A stretch of DNA of 33,755 bases from a virus (Duplodnaviria > Caudoviricetes): positions 1-33,755 of the IMG/VR virus record IMGVR_UViG_3300016265_000851; one strand, written 5' to 3'. A program made the position numbers and the translations under genes. The notes beneath the pieces were generated by a model that saw nothing but the letters and a program-made list of their open reading frames with translations, ran no database searches and had not been told where the DNA came from. Below are positions 1 through 7,169 of this stretch, piece after piece (the first letter of the stretch is position 1; each line of letters starts with the position of its first letter).

Positions 1-224
1 ACGACTTAAAAAAATATATTAAAGATTGTAATTATCCTAAATATTCGATTTTATTAAAAAGCATAAAAACAGATTTGCCGCTGGCTGCCTATGTTTATGA
101 TGGTTATTCTGGAGGTTCAATTCACACCAGACGGTCAATAAAAACCTCAAAAGTTGAACCTGGGCACAATTATGCAAATAATCAAGAGGCCTATAAACTT
201 TTAAAGGTATCGGTTTTTAGATAG
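1..224 (+). CDS. 3' end of a hypothetical protein (truncated by window edge)
   Basis: Frame from base 3 is open for 73 codons (DLKKYIKDC...LLKVSVFR) to TAG at 222-224, and a terminator follows. Confidence 0.6.
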   Translation, partial: DLKKYIKDCNYPKYSILLKSIKTDLPLAAYVYDGYSGGSIHTRRSIKTSKVEPGHNYANNQEAYKLLKVSVFR

Positions 225-244
225 CAAAAAATAAATTACCATTT

Positions 245-270
245 AGCCCACCTTTCGGTGGGTTTTTTAT
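245..270 (+). terminator. Rho-independent terminator
   Basis: AGCCCACC-TTTC-GGTGGGTT hairpin followed by a T run. Confidence 0.85.
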
Positions 271-325
271 TTGCCCATCCTCTGTGCTATCATTAAGCAA
301 CCGATACACAGGGGAGGCCGCAATA

Positions 326-1063
326 TTGAAGACCTACCTAGTCATTCCTGACATTCATGTGCCGTATCACTGCCCAAAATTTATCAAACTGTCGAACAAA
401 ATCATCAAAGAAATAAACCCAGACGGGTTAATACAGCTTGGTGATTTCTTGGACGCCTTTCAAATAAGCACCTACTCTAAAGATCCATCCCGCCGCAACC
501 TCTTAGTCGATGACATAAATGATTTCAAATTTATCCTTAATGAATGGGCAAGGAACTTAAAATCCGGTGCCCATATTCATTTGCTTGAGGGAAACCATGA
601 GCATAGATTAAGCAGGTACATCGCCGCAAATTGTAGAGACCTTCATGGGCTTGTTCCTGACTGGCCTTCTTTGCTTGGCATCGATCTACGCAACAAATCC
701 GGCCGCCATAAGTGGCATTGGCATAGTTACAACAAATGGAATAGCTGTCAAATAGGTGACTGCGTTCTTATGCATGGATTTTACTATAACCAGCACTGCG
801 CTGCGACAAGCCTAGCAAAGTACCGACAGTCGGTTATCTTTGGCCATACCCATAGATTGCAGTGCATATATGACGGCCAGCACTTTGCTGTAAGTTTAGG
901 CCATGGCAGCGACGAAAAAGAGACTGCCCATCAACCAACTCCAACAGGATGGGAACAAGCTATGGGACTCTTGCATATAGACAATCAAGGAAAGACCAGC
1001 ATTGATATTTTAAGAGTCAAAAACGGAAGGACGGTATTGTATGGCAAAGCAATCTCTGTTTAG
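326..1063 (+). CDS. Calcineurin-like metallophosphoesterase
   Basis: Motifs PDIH, LGDFLD, GNHE, MHG and GHTH. TTG start at 326 with GGAGG 8 nt upstream, preferred over 284. Confidence 0.9.
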   Translation: MKTYLVIPDIHVPYHCPKFIKLSNKIIKEINPDGLIQLGDFLDAFQISTYSKDPSRRNLLVDDINDFKFILNEWARNLKSGAHIHLLEGNHEHRLSRYIAANCRDLHGLVPDWPSLLGIDLRNKSGRHKWHWHSYNKWNSCQIGDCVLMHGFYYNQHCAATSLAKYRQSVIFGHTHRLQCIYDGQHFAVSLGHGSDEKETAHQPTPTGWEQAMGLLHIDNQGKTSIDILRVKNGRTVLYGKAISV

Positions 1064-1346
1064 TCGCAAGCGTCCCCCAAGAGTTGTAACGATCTTAGGT
1101 CACAAGATTAAGGTGCGCATCAAACCATATCTTGAAGACGATGGAATAGAACTTTACGGCGCCTTTGATTACAACTCAAAGACCATTTGGCTTATGAAAG
1201 GTTGCGACTGGCGCAGCGTTTTACTTCATGAGATGTGCCATGCAGTTCTTGCATTATCGGGATCTGGAGAAGGTTTAGGTCAAGCTAAAGAGGAAAGCAT
1301 AGTAGTCGCACTTGAGCATGCCCTTGCTCCGCTTTTATTTATTTAA
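1041..1346 (+). CDS. Small HEXXH zinc metalloprotease-like protein (ImmA/IrrE or SprT-like fold)
   Basis: YGAFDY..KTIWL...VLLHEMCHA...EE motif pattern; overlaps the end of the upstream gene. Confidence 0.75.
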   Translation: MAKQSLFSRKRPPRVVTILGHKIKVRIKPYLEDDGIELYGAFDYNSKTIWLMKGCDWRSVLLHEMCHAVLALSGSGEGLGQAKEESIVVALEHALAPLLFI

Positions 1347-1501
1347 ATAATCAATAAAAAATTTATATATTTCTTGAATAAAAACAATGAAGGCGACAAC
1401 ACATAACCATAAAAAAAACCAATAACAAACAAACCTAACCAAAGTATCCAGCCAACACAAAAATTATTTGCTTGTATTAAAAATTCTTTACTAATTATCA
1501 T
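1343..1501 (-). CDS. 52-aa predicted membrane protein (not in ORF track)
   Basis: MIISKEFLIQANNFCVGWILWLGLFVIGFFYGYVLSPSLFLFKKYINFLLII; the ATG overlaps the upstream stop as ATGA (1501-1498). Confidence 0.6.
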   Translation of the reverse strand: MIISKEFLIQANNFCVGWILWLGLFVIGFFYGYVLSPSLFLFKKYINFLLII

Positions 1502-1851
1502 TCATCAACCTCAATATCCATTTCTTCAGTACCTACAACTTTATAATCATAATGATAATTACCTGGACGCTCTGACTGCCAATGATTAACAGTATACAAA
1601 TTTGTATGTGTGTTTTTTAAAATATAACGATATAACTTTACTTTCTTTTTTTCTTCTGTGTATGGTTCCCAATCCAATGAATCATTGTCGCAAAAAGAAG
1701 CCATAAAACCATCTTGATTTACTCCAAACCATTCGCCCTCAAAGTCTTGAAAAATAGGCTCAAACCAAAAAACACTTGCCCATTTATTTTTCCTAAATTT
1801 TCTCCCATCCCCTCTGGTCAAATCACCCATCAATTCTTTCAACGTAGCCAT
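1498..1851 (-). CDS. Hypothetical phage protein
   Basis: 117-aa ORF coupled by stop/start overlap to both neighbours. Confidence 0.75.
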   Translation of the reverse strand: MATLKELMGDLTRGDGRKFRKNKWASVFWFEPIFQDFEGEWFGVNQDGFMASFCDNDSLDWEPYTEEKKKVKLYRYILKNTHTNLYTVNHWQSERPGNYHYDYKVVGTEEMDIEVDE

Positions 1852-2300
1852 TAAAACACCTCATCAATCTTACAAAATCTAACTAAGCTTTTATCTACCT
1901 GAAAATTGGCGCAAGTTCTTCCCCGCTTGTGGTCATAGATATCTTTGATTTTCCATTGAGGATATGTAAACCCATAAACTACGGCCGCATGAGTTCCGGC
2001 CTTGTTCTCAAGGATGTACATAAGCACCTTGTCTTGCTTGTTATTGACCTTGTAAACCTCATCAATAAAGACGCTTTGATACGGGTAATCGTCTCTACTA
2101 GTAAAATCAAAGTATCTGACTTTGTGCTCAACCCTAGCGACTACCGTTAGATCACCCTCATCAGGTTCTTTTGCATCAAAATCAGCTTGAGGCTTAAGCA
2201 TTAAATTAATCTTAGAATTTTGAGCTATCTTTGCAAACCTATTAACTCTTTTATAGCTTTCTTTAAAAGCATTAATGTAGTCTTGATTATTCATTGTCAT
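1851..2300 (-). CDS. Hypothetical protein, possible PD-(D/E)xK nuclease fold
   Basis: DEGDL-x5-VEHK resembles the D...ExK catalytic motif; operonic spacing. Confidence 0.55.
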   Translation of the reverse strand: MTMNNQDYINAFKESYKRVNRFAKIAQNSKINLMLKPQADFDAKEPDEGDLTVVARVEHKVRYFDFTSRDDYPYQSVFIDEVYKVNNKQDKVLMYILENKAGTHAAVVYGFTYPQWKIKDIYDHKRGRTCANFQVDKSLVRFCKIDEVF

Positions 2301-2301
2301 A

Positions 2302-2541
2302 TTAAGGTACCAATAAAGATTGACGCATCTTTTTCATAGCTCTGCCAGCTTTGACGCCGTACCAGTAAACGCCAGATGCATGAAATGGGGGACAGGTAGC
2401 GCAGCGAAGAATCTCAATCTCTTTTGTGGGTTCACCCCATCGCTTTTGACAAGCCGGACATATGTGCCCATATGATTTTGGATCCTGTGGCCTTAAAATC
2501 ATTTTATCAACTTCAGCTTTTTTGCTCATACCTATTGCCAT
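2302..2541 (-). CDS. Small zinc-finger protein
   Basis: CPAC...CATC; GGAGG RBS upstream on the minus strand. Confidence 0.7.
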   Translation of the reverse strand: MAIGMSKKAEVDKMILRPQDPKSYGHICPACQKRWGEPTKEIEILRCATCPPFHASGVYWYGVKAGRAMKKMRQSLLVP

Positions 2542-2573
2542 AAATTTGACCTCCGAAGATAAGGAAAAACTCT

Positions 2574-2602
2574 TTTACTTCTCCAAATCAAATAAGTAAA
2601 CT
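2574..2602 (+). promoter_or_regulatory. Sigma70-like promoter for the candidate ncRNA, within an inverted repeat
   Basis: TTTACT(2574-2579)-N17-TAAACT(2597-2602); TTTACTT/AAGTAAA inverted repeat. Confidence 0.55.
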
Positions 2603-2608
2603 TCAAAA

Positions 2609-3120
2609 TAAGAATCAAAAAGACGCTACACCCAAGGTCTATAAACTGGGTGCAAAGTGATGCGAACGGACTTGCATCAGCGAAAGCTGTAAATTGCGAA
2701 GAGCAAAACAAGAGCTTTTGGTCAGTGATTAAGATAGCCTTCTGCTGGAGAGCATTAGGTGAAGGGGAATCAAAGACCAGAAAAATGCTAAGAGAAAAAA
2801 CTTAGCGACTCAATTATAAGCCTGCCAATGTTCAAGAGCAGGACTCCTGAGAGTAACGGTACTTGTACCGCCAGTAGCAGGAAGGTGAGCTTCACCGTAC
2901 TACGCCCAGAAATGGGACCCCCAGAAGCTCATAGGTGAAAGATTGAGAGCCACCTACGATTTACTTTGTATTGTTTGCTTGCCTGCCGGCGGCATAACGC
3001 TAGCTAAAGCTAGCTAAATACAAATATAGATCATGGTGCTTAGCTACCCTAGCCCAGTAATACAGGGAAACCTGTACTACCTACTCCCAGAGGAGTAGTA
3101 GGGGGAGAAGCTCTTGTATT
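2609..3120 (+). ncRNA. Candidate large structured non-coding RNA (~510 nt), family unassigned
   Basis: No ORF of 60 aa or more. About 15 helices by eye, three GAAA tetraloops on the + strand, closing helix 2708-2719/3106-3117, two pseudoknot pairings and an upstream promoter. Confidence 0.75.
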
Positions 3121-3142
3121 ATTTAAATATCAACCCAGTAGC

Positions 3143-3616
3143 TCAGTGTTGAATCTTGGTTTTATTTCCTTCGATCATACTCCAGAGAACATAAAGGCCA
3201 TGATCTTGAGTAATCTGTTTTGCTTTAGTGATTGTCATATCTCCAACCCACTGCACATGAGCCTTCTCCCAGCTAAGGGTCTCAAATCCGAAATCATGCA
3301 TGACCTGATGCACCTTGTCCCAGGGATCGTCTTTGTGCCAAGCCCACTGGCCGTTATGTTTAAAGCATAGATCTGCTGCAACTCCATATTGGTGCCAACT
3401 ATGCCATGGCCTAGCTTTTGTAATGATTTTGCCTTCTCTGCTTCGGCCTTGCTCAAATAAGTACCCTTGACGTTGCGGGGATCGATAGCCTTCAAAAAAA
3501 TATATCGGTAGCCCTTGATCCTGACATTCTTGTATAGCTTGCTGTAATAATTGAGAAAAAAAAGGTGCTAGATCCTGAAAATCTCTATTTATTTTTGTGT
3601 GATCATGTGTTATCAA
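3143..3616 (-). CDS. Endolysin, M15 family (L-Ala-D-Glu-type) peptidoglycan peptidase
   Basis: EGYRSPQRQ..L..QGR...SWHQYGVAAD...WEKAHVQ zinc-peptidase motifs; TTG start at 3616 with GGAGG at 3623-3627. Confidence 0.88.
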   Translation of the reverse strand: MITHDHTKINRDFQDLAPFFSQLLQQAIQECQDQGLPIYFFEGYRSPQRQGYLFEQGRSREGKIITKARPWHSWHQYGVAADLCFKHNGQWAWHKDDPWDKVHQVMHDFGFETLSWEKAHVQWVGDMTITKAKQITQDHGLYVLWSMIEGNKTKIQH

Positions 3617-3645
3617 TGCGCACCTCCAGCTACGAAAGGACTTAT

Positions 3646-3804
3646 ATGCTGCCAGCAACTGATTATAACCGCATCAACATCATTGTTCCTAAAAGTGAGA
3701 AAAAAAAGATCGTCGAATGGTGCAAAGAAAATCGCTATACCCTCACAATGGTTTTAAGACAGGCTTTAAAGGATTTTTTTAAAAAGCAGGGAATTAAACT
3801 ATGA
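3646..3804 (+). CDS. Ribbon-helix-helix (Arc/CopG-like) DNA-binding regulator
   Basis: RINIIVP strand followed by two amphipathic helices (KKKIVEWCKE, LTMVLRQALKDFF); ATG 3646 with AAGGA RBS. Confidence 0.75.
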   Translation: MLPATDYNRINIIVPKSEKKKIVEWCKENRYTLTMVLRQALKDFFKKQGIKL

Positions 3805-4436
3805 GAATCGACACCACAGAGCTAGATCGCAGCCTAGAGCGTTTAAATCAAATCCTGATTGAGCAAAAGGAAAGGACTAAGACTAGACTGGCAAAGCCAC
3901 AACTCTCACCAGAAGCGATTTTAGAGCTTTTAAATGAGAATACTTCAGATTTAACCCAGGCAGATTGTGAGGAATACTTTGACAACATTGAAAACCATTG
4001 TGACAAGGTTGATTATCTTGTTGCTTTTATGGACCACTGCAAGCTTTTTGCTGCGGATAATGAAAGACGAGCGCAGGAATATCGTCAAGCAAGCGAACTT
4101 TGGGAGCGTAGACTTCAGAAGCTACAGGGATATGGGATTCGGTTATTAAATGAGACCAAAATGAAATCACTTGAGTCTGATGAGTATGTTTTGGGCCTTG
4201 AGCAAGAAATGCCTCAAGTTAAGTGCAGCCTTACCCGCCGGTATTCGACAGATCATATGATCCCTGATGAGTTAATCTTTAGCATACCCGAAAGTTACAG
4301 GCAGCCCAAGATTATATGGGAAATGCGTAGTGATTGTGTAAGGGATACGCTTTTGTCTGGAAAAAAGTTGAACTTTGCAAAGTTAATTGATAAGCAACGA
4401 TTACGCATAATTAATAAATCGGAGGAAACTTTATGA
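3801..4436 (+). CDS. Siphovirus Gp157-like coiled-coil protein
   Basis: Coiled coil, IPESY...K and D.VRD.L.SG.K...AKL.....LRI C-terminal pattern; sits directly upstream of a recombinase. Confidence 0.65.
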   Translation: MRIDTTELDRSLERLNQILIEQKERTKTRLAKPQLSPEAILELLNENTSDLTQADCEEYFDNIENHCDKVDYLVAFMDHCKLFAADNERRAQEYRQASELWERRLQKLQGYGIRLLNETKMKSLESDEYVLGLEQEMPQVKCSLTRRYSTDHMIPDELIFSIPESYRQPKIIWEMRSDCVRDTLLSGKKLNFAKLIDKQRLRIINKSEETL

Positions 4437-5257
4437 GCCTTGAAATGATCCCTTTTGAGCAAATGCTACCAGCCGCCAATAACTGGCAGCTTTTGAAGCA
4501 GCAAGCTAGAGAGTTAATTAATTCTAATTTTCTACCTTCAGGAATTAAAACCCCAGAGCAAGCGGTAGCTATTATTCTAAAGGGTAGGGAGTTAGGTGTG
4601 CCGCCCATGCAAGCCCTGTCACATATTCATGTTATCAGCGGCAAGCCAACAATGTCAGCGGAGCTAATGCTTGCTCAGGTATTAAAGCTGCATCCTAAAA
4701 CTAAACTTAGCTACCCAGAGCGATCCACTGAAAAATGCATCATCAAAGTTCAGAGGGATGGATCTGAGCCAAGTATTTTTAGTTTTACAATTGGGGATGC
4801 TGAAGCTGCCGGACTTTTAAATAATTCCACTTGGAAAAAGTACCCAAGAGCCATGCTTCATGCCCGCTGTGTGTCGGAAATGTGTAGAAGTTTATTCCCC
4901 GATGCAATCGCAGGAGTTAGCTATTGCCCAGAGGAATTAGGTGCAACCGTTAATGAGGATGGGGAGGTTATAGATGTACCGTCAAACGAAACGAAACTGG
5001 ATAATCCGTCTGCTAAGGTCACTGTGGTTGAGACCAAAGATGCGGCTGTATCGAACCATACCGCTCCTGCTGCGTTCGACAAGTCAAACAAAAACCATTT
5101 GAAATTTTTGCTTGCTTTCCTAGAGAAGAAAAATAACCCAGGCATGATGAATGAATTAGTACGCCGGATGGAAGGAAAGCCAGCACTAACTGGAGTAGTT
5201 GAAGCTGAATATGCTTTGATAAATCCAGACGCTCCAGATAAGGAGCCAGAGGCATGA
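4433..5257 (+). CDS. RecT/Bet-like single-strand annealing recombinase
   Basis: GRELGVPPMQAL..IHVI.GKP and WKKYPRAML.AR...CR.LFPD motifs. Confidence 0.82.
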   Translation: MSLEMIPFEQMLPAANNWQLLKQQARELINSNFLPSGIKTPEQAVAIILKGRELGVPPMQALSHIHVISGKPTMSAELMLAQVLKLHPKTKLSYPERSTEKCIIKVQRDGSEPSIFSFTIGDAEAAGLLNNSTWKKYPRAMLHARCVSEMCRSLFPDAIAGVSYCPEELGATVNEDGEVIDVPSNETKLDNPSAKVTVVETKDAAVSNHTAPAAFDKSNKNHLKFLLAFLEKKNNPGMMNELVRRMEGKPALTGVVEAEYALINPDAPDKEPEA

Positions 5258-5421
5258 GATTTATTGAAGTACATACCCAAGAAGGCGACAGAGTAATAGT
5301 TAATGTAGATAAGATTATTACCATTGAGCCAGCTTTTGACGGTAGCAGTCTGACCTTGATTGACTCTCAATTAGAAGTCAGAGAAAAACCAGATGAGATA
5401 ATTTTAAAAATTAGGGGGTAA
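5254..5421 (+). CDS. 55-aa protein resembling the FlbD/SwrD family (not in ORF track)
   Basis: MRFIEVHTQEGDRVIVNVDKIITIEPAFDGSSLTLIDSQLEVREKPDEIILKIRG; ATGA overlap with the recombinase stop. Confidence 0.65.
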   Translation: MRFIEVHTQEGDRVIVNVDKIITIEPAFDGSSLTLIDSQLEVREKPDEIILKIRG

Positions 5422-5423
5422 TT

Positions 5424-5615
5424 TTGAGCAATGGAAAATCTAAAAGAACTTCTAGCAGATTGGACCTTAACATCAGCCGCCTATATTCTGGCCATAATTA
5501 TAATGGCTGGAGTCGCAGCGAAGCAGGTTTTTGGGCTGGTTTTATCGGCTATATGGCGTTAATCGTCGGACTTTTTTGGTTAGTAGTAACTTATTATTTA
5601 GATGCGGAGAAATGA
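5424..5615 (+). CDS. Small membrane protein (reading frame uncertain)
   Basis: C-terminal hydrophobic helix and TTG start after AGGGGG. A competing ATG frame at 5432 also encodes a TM peptide. Confidence 0.5.
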   Translation: MSNGKSKRTSSRLDLNISRLYSGHNYNGWSRSEAGFWAGFIGYMALIVGLFWLVVTYYLDAEK

Positions 5616-5616
5616 A

Positions 5617-6042
5617 ATGCCTTACTTAAACAATTGTTCATTCATGGGCCACGTTGGTCAACCTGCTACATTAAAGCAATCAAAAGACGGCTCAAAAAAT
5701 TGGTATGAATTTACTATGGCCGTTAGCACTGGCACCCAGGCGCAGCCAGAAACCATGTGGGTTAAATGTAGAGGATTCGGTAAAACCGGCGAACGTATGG
5801 CAGAAAAAGTAACCAAAGGAGATGCTGTTTATGTCACTGGAAAGCTCAATTGTAAGGCTTACGCAAGAAAGCAAGATGGACAACCGGCCGCAGATGTCAG
5901 CCTATTGGTCAATGAATTTGTCTGGCTTCGCCCATCTAGCAAATCCGACACAACATCCGTCACCATTCCAGAGTTTGACCTTAAAACAGTTGATGGACTG
6001 TCAGAAATTTCAACCTTTGGGTCTGACGGAATACCGTTCTGA
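5617..6042 (+). CDS. ssb: Single-stranded DNA-binding protein
   Basis: OB-fold pattern (N...MGHVG, KGDAVYVTGKL), acidic DGIPF tail; ATG 5617 with GGAGA RBS. Confidence 0.92.
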   Translation: MPYLNNCSFMGHVGQPATLKQSKDGSKNWYEFTMAVSTGTQAQPETMWVKCRGFGKTGERMAEKVTKGDAVYVTGKLNCKAYARKQDGQPAADVSLLVNEFVWLRPSSKSDTTSVTIPEFDLKTVDGLSEISTFGSDGIPF

Positions 6043-6048
6043 GGAGAA

Positions 6049-6204
6049 ATGAAAATGGAATCAAAAGAATATAAAAGACCGATACCAGATCCAGGCAGGT
6101 GCCCAGCCTGCGCTGGAAGGTTCGCTGTAACAGAAAATGGTTACTATTGCACAAGTTGCGGCTATATGGGTTGGTTTACTCATGACCAATATTTTGAGGA
6201 CTAA
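6049..6204 (+). CDS. 51-aa zinc-ribbon protein (not in ORF track)
   Basis: MKMESKEYKRPIPDPGRCPACAGRFAVTENGYYCTSCGYMGWFTHDQYFED; GAGGAG RBS (start may be 6055). Confidence 0.75.
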   Translation: MKMESKEYKRPIPDPGRCPACAGRFAVTENGYYCTSCGYMGWFTHDQYFED

Positions 6205-6205
6205 A

Positions 6206-6448
6206 ATGCCAAGCTACTACGCAAAACAAGACAATAAGATTTACCGCTTTGATTGTTGGGCTGATCTTGAGGTCCTATCTGGCAAGGATCGCTCATGCTA
6301 TGGACGCAAGTCCCTGTCAAAAGCAATTAGACAACATTTAGGCAATTGCCGTACAATTGGCAAGTGGGCCGCAAAACTAGAGGGATGGATCGATGAAAAA
6401 AATCAACCAACCGGTGAATACATTAAAGGCAATTCGGCCTGGACTTGA
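6206..6448 (+). CDS. Hypothetical protein
   Basis: ATG 6206 with GAGGA RBS, one base after the zinc-ribbon stop; preferred over 6137. Confidence 0.7.
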   Translation: MPSYYAKQDNKIYRFDCWADLEVLSGKDRSCYGRKSLSKAIRQHLGNCRTIGKWAAKLEGWIDEKNQPTGEYIKGNSAWT

Positions 6449-6489
6449 TTGCGTAGTTTTGCCCATCCTTCTCAAACCTGGGGGGATGG

Positions 6490-6696
6490 ATGAAAATTAA
6501 AGACTTAAGCACAGAGCATCCTAAATCGACTTGGTACATAGAAAAACGGTGGGCAGCAATCGTCGAAGTCTTAAAAGCTGCCAAAGATGTTTTAGACTCC
6601 GTACCAGCTTCCCAAGTTACCTCCCTTCCTTTCCCATTTACAAAAGCACATCAAAATTTATCTGACTGTATCAACCAATTGGAGGATATTGTATGA
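6490..6696 (+). CDS. Hypothetical protein
   Basis: 68-aa ORF with purine-rich RBS and ATGA coupling to the next gene. Confidence 0.7.
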   Translation: MKIKDLSTEHPKSTWYIEKRWAAIVEVLKAAKDVLDSVPASQVTSLPFPFTKAHQNLSDCINQLEDIV

Positions 6697-6899
6697 GAGC
6701 TAGTTTTGAGTTTGATTTACCGGATGAGAATGAAGAATACAAAATGCACGTGAAAGCAGGAGACTTTCATTGTGCAATTTGGGCTTTCTCAGAATGGATC
6801 AGAGGCGTATGCAAGCATGGTAATCCTGATGAGTACAATGCTCAAAAAGTCAGAGACAAATTTTATGAGTTTCTCAGTGAGTATGATGTTGACTTATAA
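6693..6899 (+). CDS. Hypothetical phage protein
   Basis: GGAGG RBS; acidic 68-aa ORF. Confidence 0.75.
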   Translation: MRASFEFDLPDENEEYKMHVKAGDFHCAIWAFSEWIRGVCKHGNPDEYNAQKVRDKFYEFLSEYDVDL

Positions 6900-6968
6900 G
6901 TAGTCAGTAAATTATCTATCTCCGATAATCAGTGGTAAAATTAACTCACAAAACAAGTGAGGTGATTT

Positions 6969-7169
6969 ATGCCTTGGCTGGTTTATCTCCCAACGATCCT
7001 TTCAGCTTTAGTTCAGTTAGCAAAACTTCTTGTAGATTTAGCCAAAGAAAAAAAACAAGACGATATAAAAGCTTGTGGCATAGCCATCGAAGAGGCTAGG
7101 CGATCTGGTGATGTGTCTAAACTAACAGAACTCATTGAAAAAATGAGGAAAGGACAATCATGCGAATAA
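6969..7169 (+). CDS. Small protein with N-terminal hydrophobic/amphipathic helix
   Basis: GAGGTG RBS; MPWLVYLPTILSALVQLAKLLV followed by a charged tail. Confidence 0.75.
   Translation: MPWLVYLPTILSALVQLAKLLVDLAKEKKQDDIKACGIAIEEARRSGDVSKLTELIEKMRKGQSCE

Noticed and set aside
2609-3120. Group I/II intron, RNase P RNA or tmRNA identity for the structured region
   Set aside because: It interrupts no ORF. I found no GUGCG 5' end or domain V, no P7 core motifs, no GAGGAAAGUCC and no tRNA-like ends.
2542-3142. Replication origin or CRISPR mini-array as explanation of the gap
   Set aside because: No iterons, regularly spaced direct repeats or AT-rich unwinding element. Strand-specific GNRA loops and G-U pairs favour RNA structure. 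An origin is not fully excluded.
3131-3150. tRNA-like start CCCAGTAGCTCAGT
   Set aside because: No anticodon arm, T-loop (GTTCGA) or acceptor partner follows, and the sequence runs into the endolysin stop codon.
4921-5370. Antisense ORFs over the recombinase, and similar short shadow ORFs across the late genes (e.g. 18588-18959, 28340-28744, 32389-32766)
   Set aside because: They lie within well-supported genes, lack RBS or motifs, and are expected by-products of codon bias.
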